From Callorhinchus milii (taxonomy: Eukaryota), in NCBI RefSeq assembly GCF_018977255.1, contig NW_024704742.1, forward strand, positions 2,172,001-2,236,000: DNA of 64,000 nt, given 5' to 3'. Positions within the stretch are counted from its first letter, which is position 1. The number at the start of each line of letters is the position of its first letter. This document shows positions 24,398 to 35,868 of this stretch, in pieces. The translations under genes and the position numbers were made by a program. A model generated the notes under the pieces. That model searched no databases, was not told the origin of the DNA, and was given only the letters and a program-made list of their open reading frames with translations.

Positions 24398-24519
24398 AAG
24401 TTGTCGTTAGGATGTTTAGTGCTCTGCTGATCGGGGCAGTCGAGGCAGGATCCCTGTGAGCTTTTAAGAGGTAAAAGAGATAGATATTTAAGAGAAATCA
24501 TTTACAGGGATTTTGGGAA

Positions 24520-24725
24520 AAACAAGAACAATTTGCATTTATATCACACCCTTCACATGGGTAGCGTCACAGAGAACTTAACTGTCGTGTGGTTTGAAGC
24601 CGAGCCAGAAAGGTAGGGGAGGTGACTGAAGGTACTGTTGAAGAGAAAAGGCTTCAGGTGTGATTTGATGGCGGGCAAAGAAGGGGCAAGATGGATACAG
24701 GGTGTTCCAGAAATTCAAGTTGTAG
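24520..24725 (-). mobile_element. L2 family-2 3' end
   Basis: ttgcatttatatcacacccttcacatgggtagcgtc, homologous to 16564 onward. Confidence 0.7.
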
Positions 24726-25974
24726 CTGTTTCTAGCTTCTTGTTATTTATTGCTCTGCCTCGTCAGAAACTCTATTGATAGAGTTGATAACTTGATAACA
24801 AAACGCTAGGAACAGTAGCAACTTGCATTTGTACGGTATGCTTCTCCCAGATTAACATCTCAGAGCACTTCACGTAGACTGGGTTGGAAGCTAAGTAAGG
24901 GAGAAGGTTCAAGGAGAAAGAGGGAGATGATCATATGCCCGATCGAAGAGGTAAGATCGATGAGGTGAGTGGGCGACAGACAGAGGTCAAGGGAGTTAAA
25001 GAGGTTAGGGACATAGATTGTAAAAATGAACAAGTCTCCCATCTCGGTGTAAAATATGTTAACTGACAAAAGCCTCTAAAGTCACCTCTTCCCCCACTCC
25101 CCCTCCTCCCAAACCCCCTCCACTGTGCAGCACTTGGAGATACTATCCTACATGAAAGGCAATGTATAAATGCTGGTTTGTTTGATGAGTTTGGAAAGAA
25201 TTGCCTCTCCATATGGATTCTGCCAACAAAGGAATTTGCTTTCCTATATTTCTCAATCTAGTGTCTCTGCCCTGTCCTGAACTTCAACCATGTATTGTAC
25301 TCAGCAATGTCCTCATACAGTACTTTATCCCAATGCAGGATCTGAAATGACTTTCAACACAGACGTGGCCATCCATTGTCCTCAAATGCCGCCTTTGAAT
25401 ACTTTGTTAGAATCGGGTGAACCACGTGAATCGCAGGGCAGAAGTGTTCGTGATTGTCATCAGATAACTTTAGACGCGCTGAAGATAAGAGCCTTTGATT
25501 AACTCCTTGCGCTCACAACACACTACTTCACACTCCCTTCTAGAAGGGAGGAGAGTTTCGTGTTTGTTTATTTAGGCGAAGAGTTCCCAAAACATATTTC
25601 AGTCAGCGAGTGGTAATTTCCTTTTGAATTTGGCCAAAAACGACTCCCATTTAACACAGGAATCAAAGTGCCAGTCTATTTATTTCTTATTCCGACATTT
25701 ACCTGCTGGGAATATAATCATGTACTGACTGGAGGGCAACACATTTCATGATTAAAATGTTGTTTTTTTCAAGAATAAGAACCAAGCACCAGTCAACTTA
25801 CGCAGCCATAATTTTTTTCACTGGCACAAGCTTTGCGGTTATGAGTTGATGAGATAGATGTTTGGAAGGCAACTTAATGGATAGGTTTGATGTTGTCTAA
25901 TGATGAATTGTTCTAACTCCTTCTATATCAGGACTTCTGCCTGTTGGTGCTTTGAACACACAGTTTGTGTCCAG

Positions 25975-26413
25975 TGCGGTGCTAGGGGTGTGCCGCGAAC
26001 TGGATGTGTCGTCCTTCGTCTGAGACATTAAATCAAAGTCCAGTCAAGCGCTCCAGGACGCTACCCTGCATGAAGGGTGCTATATAAATGCAAGTTGTTG
26101 TTGTAGGTGTTAAAGATCCCCTTGGCATGAGAAGAGAACCACGTTTCTCGAGGTCAATTTGGATTGATTTGGATAACTCTTTTCAAAGAGCCGACACAGA
26201 CACGATGGGCCGAATGGCCTCCTTCTGTGCTGTATAATTCTATGATTCTATGATTCATGGCTGTTTGTGAGATATTGCTATGTCCAAGTTGGGTGCTACA
26301 TTTGCTTACAATAACGCACTTTATAGTAGCACCTGGGAAGCTCTTTGCGAAATCTCAATGACATACTGATTCGCTATATCAAACGCAAGGGTTTTTATAA
26401 TTATTATTATTAT
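25975..26413 (+). mobile_element. Old Deu-type SINE carrying a nested L2 tail (about 26045-26104) and CR1 tail (about 26150-26256)
   Basis: SINE blocks are in order but interrupted twice; CR1 tail gatgggccgaatggcctccttctgtgctgt...(ATTCTATG)n. Confidence 0.75.
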
Positions 26414-26551
26414 TAAATTTAGTTTTCAATCAGATGGCCTTTGTGTATTTAAATTACTTTGTCTGCATTTCCATTCCCAATAAGCATGACATTCAATAAA
26501 TGCAAATAAGATACAGTAATACACAGACAATTCCTCTCATCACAACCTTAA

Positions 26552-27120
26552 GGAGTCCTGTAGTGTAATGGTTAGAGTACTTGCCTACCTACCTGCCCGT
26601 ACCCTCCGTTCCTCTGGCTCCAGTCTGCTCCACATCCCCCGCCCCAACCGCCCTACCATCGGTGGTCGGGCCTTCAGCCTCTCAGCCCCGAGGCTCTGGA
26701 ACTCCATCCCCAGTGCCTTCACCGCTTCCTCCCTTTCCTCCTTCAAGGCCGGTCTCAAGACCTTTCTCTTTGACCTTCAGCCTTCAGCTCCCCTCTCGAC
26801 TCTCTACCCCCTCCTCGCTCCCTCCCTTCCCTCCCCTCACCCTGACCATTTCCCCCCTGCTCGGGTCCTGACCCAACTGTACAGCGCCTTGGGACGTCCT
26901 CCCGACGTGAAAGGCGCTCAATAAATGGAATCTTGTTGTTGTTGTTGTTGTTGCAAGCGAGAGAACCCGAGTTTGATTCCGGGCAGGGGGCGAAATCTCA
27001 GGCAAGTTTTCTTACTCCACACACCTCTGTTTACCTAGCAGTGAGTAGGAACCCGGTTGTGATTAGCCGGGGGTAATAATTCCTTCAAAAAAAGAGTAAT
27101 AATAATCACTTGGTCACTCA
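26552..27120 (+). mobile_element. tRNA-Ala SINE long form split by an L2 insertion
   Basis: Head ggagtcctgtagtgtaatggttagagtacttgcct at 26552-26586 resumes as ttgcaagcgagagaacccgag at 26951. Confidence 0.88.
26587..26953 (+). mobile_element. Young L2 3' fragment with (TTG)n tail
   Basis: PARTLRSSGSSLLHIPR...TIGGRAFSLSAPRLWNSIP...FKAGLKTFLF; UTR almost identical to 39236-39390. Confidence 0.93.
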
Positions 27121-28146
27121 GCAGAGATCCTACCTGTTGAAAAAAATCTCTGTGAATTACACATTTGGACATTCTGGCAGTGGTGCATTATATTAATGTA
27201 TGTATGAGTGACAATAAATGTTTATCTCAAGTTTCAAAGCTCCAATCATTTAATGTAGCATTAAAAGATCAAAATTGAGTTATCTTCTGCAATTAGCCAG
27301 TGCACATTTGACCAAGAGAGAGGTAGATATTTGATAAGTAAGGATACGAAGGAGCATGGAAAAAAAGGTAATGGAAATGGAATTAAATAATTGCCATAAA
27401 CTTAATAGTGAAGCATAATGGACAGTACGAGTGACCAACTCCTGCTCCTGTGTACAATCCCTGGTCTACGGTGAGTTAGTTTTATACCAAGTCAAGCAAA
27501 GCAGCAGCAGAGACATTACAATTTGCCTCAGTGTTCCCGTCTTTGAATGGATATAAATCATCTGCTCTTGATTTCTATGCAGTGACCTTGACTGGAACGT
27601 GTGTGTATTTTAGACATGGGGGGATTTGAAGAATTCAACAGATGCTCACAATGTAAGGTCAACCATGGAGAATGACTATCTGGGCAAGGTATTGGAGAGT
27701 GGTTGAATTGTATAGACTTGACTTCCCCGCATGAGTCAACGGCGATAGGAGGGAGTTGGAAGAAATTGGAGGAGGCAAATTTAAAACTAACTGAATTAAA
27801 CTGTGTCTCTAGACATCCATTCCAAACAGTCAGTGCCAATAGAGAAAGCCCCTGCAAACAGTAAAACCTAAATGTAATTTTTTTCAAGGGAATAATTATG
27901 ATTTGATTCTGGACAGTCTTGGATTTTACAGAGTTACCTGACTCAAGTTTTACAATTGGGAGAAAAAAAATACAATTTCAAATATAAGTTCGAAAGCAAA
28001 TATTATTTGGGGTCTGGTGAAATGGCGGGTCATTGGGATTAAAAGATCTTCTAAAATCTAGTAAATTGGTGCAGTTTAATGCTTGATGGTCTGAATGGCC
28101 TCCTCCGTCTCCCTCTTTCCTATATGTCGTGTTGAGCAATAATTGT

Positions 28147-28480
28147 GTGGAGTCCTGTAGCTCAGTGGTTAGAGCACTCGCTTTGCAAGCGAGACACCTG
28201 GGTTCAATTCCCGGCAGAGGGCGAAACCTTGGGCAAGTTTCCTTACTCCACACAGAGCCTAATAATAATCCCTCCAAAACCAAAAACAATAATAAATTGG
28301 TCATTTTCAATCTACGACTGTTTGTGGGACATTGCTGTGCGCAATTGGCTGCCGCGTTCGCCCACAAATATACAGTCAATTCACTTTACAGTATATTCTG
28401 TGAAGCGCTTTGGGACGTCCTCCCGACGTGAAAAGCGCTATATCAAATGCAAGGATTATTATTATTATTATTATTATTAT
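28147..28480 (+). mobile_element. Young tRNA-Ala SINE, short form, full length
   Basis: Intact A and B boxes, CTTTGCAAG anticodon-like loop, about 9 differences from the copy at 57928, (ATT)n tail. Confidence 0.95.
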
Positions 28481-29715
28481 AACTCCTCTCCCCAAAAATA
28501 ACATGAAACTTCCAAGTTCGCCGTAGAGTGCCATTAGCTGTGTGTTTCTGTTTTAGAAGAAGAAAAAAAAACGGTATTGGGGCCCACATTATCTCCGATA
28601 ATGGAATCCTTTAACCCTCACCCAATCTCGGTGAACTTGACTTCTGATCAGATAAAACGTGCATTCTCGGCTGTTTGCATTTTCCATTATCACATCTACC
28701 CCTGTCTCTGAGGTGCTCGCCTACATAAATTCAGTCAGGTCACACTGTGGCTATTTATTACATTTCCAATTACAGGGAGGACAGATTGATAGAATGCCTC
28801 CGCTCACCGTGTCTGCATCCGAGCGCTTGTCTTGAAGCAGCTGCTTCTCCCAAGGTTCTTATGTGTTTGTTTTCTCTCTTATTTCCGCCCCCCCCACCCA
28901 CCCCACCATCCCTTCATTTTATTCGTTCTCCCCATTGCCTGCGTGAAATTGTTTGCCGAGAATGCTGTTCGGAAGGTTAAAAAGTGTCCAGCCCTCCGCT
29001 GAAATGAAAATCAAGGAGCCAAAGACTTTGGACTACATTAAGGCTCCAGGAACTTGATAGAAACGGTGTTATTTCCTTCCCTCTGCGTGTATGGCCTGAA
29101 GTAATCTGCTGCCACAACACTTTCCTCAAATTAGATCCAGCACCTGAGGAATAGGATGTTTCTGTGGTATTGGCTGTGACAAGAGACATTTGTAGTTCGA
29201 GGTGCGTTGAAAATAACAGTTGAGTGGAATTCCATTAGGGATTAATTTCTTCCCCGGACGTGAAAGGCACTATACGAATGTAATTTGTTGTTCATCTGAA
29301 AATCATCAGACGATTCATGCAAGTTTCCATTTAGATACTGAGATGTTTTCTTTCACCCATAGCTTAATGCCTTTAACCCAGTTAAACCTGAATTGTGATT
29401 CAGGTTTGCAATAGGTACCAAACTTCAGGCTAACAACTGACTCGAGGTTGTTGTGAGTTTCCGAAGGCACCAACTGAGATTTTCAGCGTGATTCGATTCG
29501 CTGCGCAGGGGCTGCTGCCTTTTTTTTGCGTACCTTTTTCTTTGTTACTTAGGTCCGTCCAAATAGACTTTTAATTTAGTATTTCAGAGGTTTTTTTTTG
29601 GAAACATTGAAATATTTATTCACGTTCATTTTTTGTATAAAAGGGCCTCGTTATTTATTCGCCCTATTTTTCCAAAGAGCGAGCAGGTGACCCGTCTGCA
29701 GACCCCTCTTGAACC

Positions 29716-29733
29716 AACCACTAGATGGTGAAA
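29716..29733 (+). promoter_or_regulatory. Candidate CTCF site
   Basis: CCACTAGATGGTGA closely fits the CTCF core CCAC/GYAGRKGGCR. Confidence 0.45.
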
Positions 29734-29904
29734 CGGAGCAAGTAGAAGGTGACTTAACCTGGTGTCAGTGAAACAGCTATATGTTCAGCTGAACCTTTGC
29801 TCAGAGGTCCTTCATACTGTCGCGCAGTGTATCTAAAAGTGCAAGTATTTTGCTTGGGATTGATATGAGCTTTAAATATCTTTATTGATAAGCGTACATT
29901 ATTC

Positions 29905-30150
29905 CTAATTTGTGGGCGAAAACAGCAGCCAATTTGTGCATCTCAACGTCCCCTAAAGAAGCGTAAAGTGAATGACCAATTTTATTTGGGGTATTGTTGG
30001 CCAAGGACACTGGGAGAATCTCGCTTCTCTTTTCAAATAGTGCCATGGGTTTTTAAGGTGCGTCTGAACAAGCGGACAGTCACTTTAGTTTAACTTTAGT
30101 TTAGCTGAAGGACATCAGCTCTGACAATGCAGCTCTCCCAATGAAGCAAC
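29905..30150 (-). mobile_element. Old Deu-type SINE internal part
   Basis: gttggccaaggacactgggagaatctcgcttctcttttcaaatagtgccatggg. Confidence 0.75.
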
Positions 30151-30529
30151 GTTGCAGTAAGATGCCTGGATGTTCGTGGGAGGAGGGGAATTATTGGCAG
30201 CTCAGGTGGCCTGAAAACAGAGGAAGATTGTATGGAAATTTTTTATTTTTCTATTGTTTTTCTTCGATGTAATTCGCAATTTCTGTACTGTTTTTTTCTT
30301 TCAAAAATGCAGTCGGCTCTCGACCTTATCACCGATATGAATTTTCAACGTTACGCCAGTCCAATCATCAATCCCCCGCCATGTAAGAACACAATTCCAA
30401 TTCAAGGTCAGCTCTATTCAATTCCATATTCCCGCAATGCCTCCAAGATTTGGCCTCGTTTCAGTCGGTATACGCTCGCAAAATAGACGGGCAATTTTTT
30501 GGCTCCTCTGCAATGCGCAGAACTCAAAA

Positions 30530-30800
30530 AGCAGACGCGGGCGTGTGAATGTGCGACCTGCATAGTCTCGCTCATGTCCCTTTGGTGTTCAGTGTCAGCT
30601 CAGGAGCAAGAACATACGTGCGCATTCGTGCACAAACGCATGCCCGACATGCGCGCGTACACACAGACAGAGATGCGTATATGTGTACAAAGCAGACAAG
30701 CGTGTGCACACGTACACAAGCACGAGATAGACAAATGCACGAGCACACTCTCGGAAGTAGGCACAGACGCACATGTAAATATAATCACAAAGACACACAT
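30530..30800. repeat. Degenerate (CA/TG)-like alternating purine-pyrimidine tract
   Basis: catgcgcgcgtacacac, gcgtgtgcacacgtacac and similar runs. Confidence 0.65.
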
Positions 30801-31167
30801 CAACAGTACTTTTAGTTGCCGATACAACTCTCGAAATACCCGTGGAATAAAGGAGCCGAATGCGATAGATGAAGCCAGTCATAGGGACTTCTATGTAGGA
30901 ATGACTGAAACCCATTTTTGTTCAAGCAAATTCTCTGGAGACGCAGCCTGTTCTGAATAAAACCAGCAGCTAATTTAAAAGCTACGGCCCTATGTAGGTC
31001 AGCCGAAGGAAGCAGGTCTCTGTACCTGCTTTCTATCTAATGACACTGCTTTTATCTGGTGGTGTGAGAGGTACTTACATGTATCCAGATGACATTTGAT
31101 AAGGCAGACCTCAATTCCGTTAGGGCAGAGAGAAAGTACGGCAGCCACCTGATTTCAAAGCTGCTGT

Positions 31168-32032
31168 TAATAATAATAATAATAATAAAACTTACACTTA
31201 GTAAAGCCTTTCGTGTCAGGGAGATGTCATGGAGGGGGTGCAGCGCAGGTTCACCAGAATGTTCCCAGGCCCTAATAGGGTTAAGTTACGAGGAAAGGCT
31301 GCATCAACTTGGATTGTATTCCCTTGAGTTAACCAGGTTGAGGGGTGATTCGGTTGAGGTATTTAAGATGATAAAGCGATTCAATTGGGTAGATACAGCG
31401 AAGCTACTTACTCTGGTGGGGGGAATCCAAAACAAGGCGACATAGTCTTAAAATTAGAGCCAGGACATTTAAGAGTGAAATCAGGAAGCATTTTTTCACT
31501 CAAAAGGTGGTAGAAATCTGCAATTCTCTCCCCCCAAAAGGTTGTGGTTGTTGGATCCATCCACACCTTCCAGAGTGAGGTTGATAGATTTTTGGTAGGT
31601 CAGGGTAATAAGGGATACGGAGAGAAAGCGGGAGATTGGAATCGAAAGGATTTAGTTGGGTTACAGATCAGCCGTGATCTGATTAAATGGCAGAACAGGC
31701 TCGAAGGGCTGAATGGCATCCTCCTGTTCCTGTGTCATCAAAGCGCTTCCCAGGATATATTGTAAAATATTGTGCCTGAGGGCAACAGCCAATTTGTGTA
31801 CAGTGCTGTCCCACGAACAGCAATTTTACTTGGGGAGGGGGTGGCGGGGGGGGGCGGATTGTTGGCCAGGACACAGGAAGGAACTCACTTCTCTTTTCGA
31901 ATAGAGTGTCGTGGGATCTTTAACCAAGACCACCAAGACTAGCAGATGGTTTAACATCTAATCTGAAGGACGTCATCTGCAACTCTTACGCAGCGAGCCC
32001 CAAGCACTGGCCCGGCGTGTCAGCTTAGATTA
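31168..32032 (-). mobile_element. Old Deu-type SINE split by the CR1 insertion
   Basis: (AAT)n tail at 31168-31228; body resumes tcaaagcgcttcccagg at about 31738. Confidence 0.72.
31229..31735 (+). mobile_element. CR1 LINE 3' fragment (ORF2 C-terminus and 3' UTR)
   Basis: GLSYEERLHQLGLYSLELTRLRGDSVEVFKMIK, FFTQKVVEI; tail gggctgaatggcatcctcctgttcct. Confidence 0.92.
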
Positions 32033-32351
32033 TACAGCTGTTGTGAATTCCTGGAACGTCAAAAGCTTTTTTTTTGACTAATTTATTATAACTGTTGTAA
32101 ATTATGAATGTCATCGGAGAATTGAAAAGTTGGACAGGCTGTAAATATACATTTCAAATCCAGTGTGCTGGGCATTTCTTTCTGGATAGAATAACAGCTG
32201 ACTTTTTTTTCCAGTTTGCTTTTTGACCATAAATTAGCTGCATTGCTTCCTATTCTTTTCTTCCTTTGAAATTTTCTGGTTCGAGGGAAAGGAATCGTCC
32301 CTTGAACCACAAATCTTTCAAGGGAATGGATCCCAAAATTCAGTGGGAAGT

Positions 32352-33490
32352 ACAATAATAATCCTTGCATTTGACATATGGTCTTATTTTTGTTGTTGAA
32401 ACGTCTCAAAACAACAACAACAACATTACATTTATAGAGGGCCTTTCACGTCGGGAGGATGTCCCAAAGCGCTGAACAGTCAGGTGTCGGGGCCCGAGCA
32501 TGGGGGGAGGGGTGGTGTAGGGGCGAGGGAAGGCAGAAAGGTGGGAGGGAGACCAAAGGCACAGTCGAAGAGAAGGGTCTTGAGACCGGCCTTGAAGGAG
32601 GCGAGGGAGGAAGCGACGCGAAGGGACCGTGGGATGGAGCTCCAGAGTGTGGGGGCAGAGAGGCTGAAAGCCCGGCCACCGATGGTAGGGCGGGTCGGGC
32701 GGGAGACATGGAGCAGCCCGGAGCTGAATGGAGGGAGCGGGCAGGTTGGTAGGGAGTCAGCAGGTCAGAGCTGTAGGAGGGGGTGAGGCCATGGTTGGCC
32801 TTGAAAGTGAGGACGAGGATCTTGAACTCGATCCTCTGGGGGATGGGGAGCCAGTGGAGTCGGGCGAGGGGGGAGTGATGGGGTCACGGAGACTGGTGCG
32901 TGAGAGTACACGAGCTGCGGAGTTTTGGATGATCTGCAGCTTGTGAAGGGAAGAGTTGGGAAGGCCGATGAGGAGGGAGTTCCCGTAGTCGAGCCTTGAT
33001 GTAACGAATGCGTGGGTGAGGGTTTGGGCAGCCTGAGGGGTGAGGCAACGGCGCAGTCTGGCAATGTTGCGGAGGTGGTGGTGGGCAATGCCGGTCGTGG
33101 CGCGGATGTGTGGGAGAAAGGACAGTTCAGGGTCGAACAAGACACCCGGGTTCCTGACTGGCTTAGTGAGGTTGAGTGTGCAGCCGTGGGGGTTGATGCT
33201 GCCAGCGCCCGAGGTGCGGAGGCGCTGGCGCGAGCCAATCAGGAGGGCCTCAGTCTTGCTTCACGGGATTTTACTGCGAACTCCAGTGATTGTGGTTCAC
33301 TCGGCAGCCAATTTGCACACAGCATTTGTCCAACAAATTTGTTTTTTTGGGGGGGTCATTGTTGGCCAGGAGAGCAAGAGAAACTCCCTTCTCTTTCGAA
33401 AGAGCGTCACGGGAGCTTTAAAGTCAACCACGACAGGTAGCTGGGGCCTCAGTTTCAACTCTCGCCTGAAGAACGGACGAGAAGTTGGCT
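32352..33490 (-). mobile_element. Old Deu-type SINE split by the L2 insertion
   Basis: Tail ends acgtctcaaa at 32410; body resumes gcttcacgggatt at about 33258. Confidence 0.75.
32411..33256 (-). mobile_element. L2 LINE 3' fragment (about 850 bp, the longest in the window)
   Basis: ORF 32757-33140: FDPELSFLPHIR...HLRNIARLRRCLTPQAAQTLTHAFVTSRLDYGNSLLIGLP...QNSAARVL, frameshifted; (CAA)n tail at 32411. Confidence 0.95.
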
Positions 33491-33854
33491 GACGTGCTCA
33501 CGAAGCAAGTTGGCCAGCGAATCTGCATGATTTTCGCAGTGATGTGCTGTGCCACATGTATAAATAGGGGCCTCAGACAACACCAATCAGGCTCCCGACA
33601 CCATCTGGAGCAATGCGGCTCACACCCTCTCCTTGTGAACACGGGAGGTGTCAATTCCAGCGGGCTCCATCGGTCCACGGTATATTCAGTGCTCTGCTCA
33701 CCCGCTGAGGGCAAACGAAGCTGCAGCGGAAAGTTGTGAGTGAATCTGAGCTGCAGGATGACATTCTTGCTCGGGACAAGTTTGTTACTGTACCTCAGCG
33801 CCGAATGTCAGCTTCAATCCGAACCCCGGAGCCAAACCCCGCTGTCTCTTATAA

Positions 33855-34177
33855 ACAAATAACAATCCTCGCGTTCGACATGGTCCGATTTTCACGTCTT
33901 CTCGACGTCTCAAAGAGCTTCACAGAACACACTGTAAAGTGAATTGACTGTGTATTTGTGGGCGAACGCGGCAGCCAATTGCGCACAGCAATGTCCCACA
34001 AACAGTCGTAGATTGAAAATGACCCAATTTATTATTGTTTTTGGTTTTGGAGGGATTATTATTAGGCTCTGTGTGGAGTAAGGAAACTTGCCCAAGGTTT
34101 CGCCCTCTGCCTGGAATTGAACTCAGGGCCCTCGCTTGCAAAGCGAGTGCTCTAACCACTGAGCTGCAGGACTCCAT
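33855..34177 (-). mobile_element. tRNA-Ala SINE, short form with a different tail
   Basis: Body almost identical to the 28147 and 57928 copies; tail loop GAGAA and more diverged. Confidence 0.93.
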
Positions 34178-35644
34178 GCAGGATTTTAAACCTGTTACGC
34201 TCCTGACAATTGTATTGGGGAGACATGCTTCCAAGCTGCATGTGGATCCAATCTTAACAATGTCTAATTACCCATTCAGTGTCTGACAATCTGTATTTGC
34301 CAAAAAAAACTGAAGTGCTTATACCCTGTGCTGTCAAGATCGCAGCTTTATCTCTGGATTCTCAAATCCTTGCAAGTTTCAGTTACCCATCTCAGCCCTT
34401 TCCACCATCACTCTCTCTCTCTCTCTCTCTCTCTCTCGCTCTCTCTTCTCTTCTCTCTCAGGGCCTGATTGCTATCAACGTGCAACCTTTTGCCGCGGTT
34501 CAGCCTGCCTCAATTCATCACACTCTTGCCTCTGTATCTGAAAGGTGTGGGTTCAAGCCCCTCCACCTCAGGATTGTGGCCTCATGCTGGTAAAAAAACA
34601 AACCCAGCAAACTACTGCACGGATCTGGATTGCTAGCATTCGAAATTCATCCATTCGATCAGATTTTCTCACTCGTAATTGATAATTGTCCCTAATGTAG
34701 CACGTAAGAGTGAAGAGCTGTGAAGGGTGATACATGTTCTCCATCCTTGTGGAATTGCTTCTTAGTCACTTGCGGTTTGGGAATTCATGAGGTATCAGCC
34801 TACTCCCTTCCACACATGGGGGTCACCAATCATTATCTCACCGTCTCCTCGTGGTGTGATCGCTGTGCAGGTCTGCAGAGACCTACTGCGATTGACAGGA
34901 CGCTGACTCGTGTGTTATCTGCGTGTGGGAGAGAAGGAGAGGGAGGTGGGGGGAAAGCAAGAAGGGAAACAAGCGAAGGCTTGAAATTTGCGATTTCTGT
35001 TCAGGTTCTGTCCCGACTTTCCCTGACAGTTTGGTTCGTTGTGAGAAAGCCACAGAGGCAGAACTAGAAGTGGCAAAGGTGCTGCTGTTTGTCTCGGGCG
35101 ACGTTACAAAGGCATATCTTTTCCTTAACGTCTTGGTGTGTTGTGAACCTCTTGTTCCAGACCCTGATCATGCGAGTATGATGTCTCTCTTTCTTTGTCA
35201 GGAAGATGCCAGGCTTGTAGTTATTCAGTAAGGCAGAAGCCCGACATAGCCTCGAACAAAGCTAAATTATCAATTCAAAACAAACCGTGGTTCTTTATAA
35301 TGTTCAACTGATCGCAGACTCGGGTCATGATATGGACTCCTCCAAGGGCCAAACATCACCCAGTTTCTGAAGCTACATGACTTCTGCAACTCGGGACAAC
35401 GTACGGCAATTGTTACAAAGCTTCCGCTGTCTTTTATATTAACTTTGCTCCACATCTCAAGCTGGTAAAAGGTCAACGAGGGGATCATTTTGAAGAGGCA
35501 TGGAATAAAGGAAAGGTGTGACGGCTGACATCTATCACAAAACGCGTGAATGGGCGTACAAGATTAATTCAGCCTCAAAACCGTTCACTCTCTGAATTTC
35601 CTAAAGTGGCGGTGCAGTGTTGTCAGGGGAAAAAATTGCCAACA

Positions 35645-35868
35645 GTGGGCTAGGGAATGCTGTCCCTTTGCCTCGCCTCCTTCAAGGTCCGTCTCAAGGT
35701 CCTTCCTCATTGATTCATCTTCGCTCATCTTCCCACCTTCTGCCCCACTTGGCCTACATCCCTCCTGAATCCCAACTCTCAGCTCAGGTGCAAACCTTCG
35801 ACTCTCCAGAGCCTTGGGACACCTCCTATTGATGTGAAAGGTGCTATACAAGATGCAGTTTGCTGCTG
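35645..35868 (+). mobile_element. L2 3' end, decayed
   Basis: ccttcaaggtccgtctcaaggtccttcctc...ccttgggacacctcctattgatgtgaaaggtgctat. Confidence 0.75.

Noticed and set aside
28149..28220. tRNA-Ala(UGC)-like gene (also at 4043, 34105, 57930)
   Set aside because: No paired acceptor stem, and it runs straight into a SINE body and tail
28129..28431. Near-identical ~100-aa ORFs at 28129, 33920 and 57895 (VESCSSVVRALALQAR...)
   Set aside because: They are incidental translations of the young SINE, not a gene family
30499..30960. Overlapping His/Thr/Cys/Val-rich ORFs
   Set aside because: Produced by a degenerate CA/TG tract that lacks stop codons
32757..33140. Reverse-transcriptase-related ORFs (also 5198-5659 and 31089-31445) as a functional RT system
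   Set aside because: 5'-truncated, frameshifted L2/CR1 C-terminal pieces lacking the catalytic core and endonuclease
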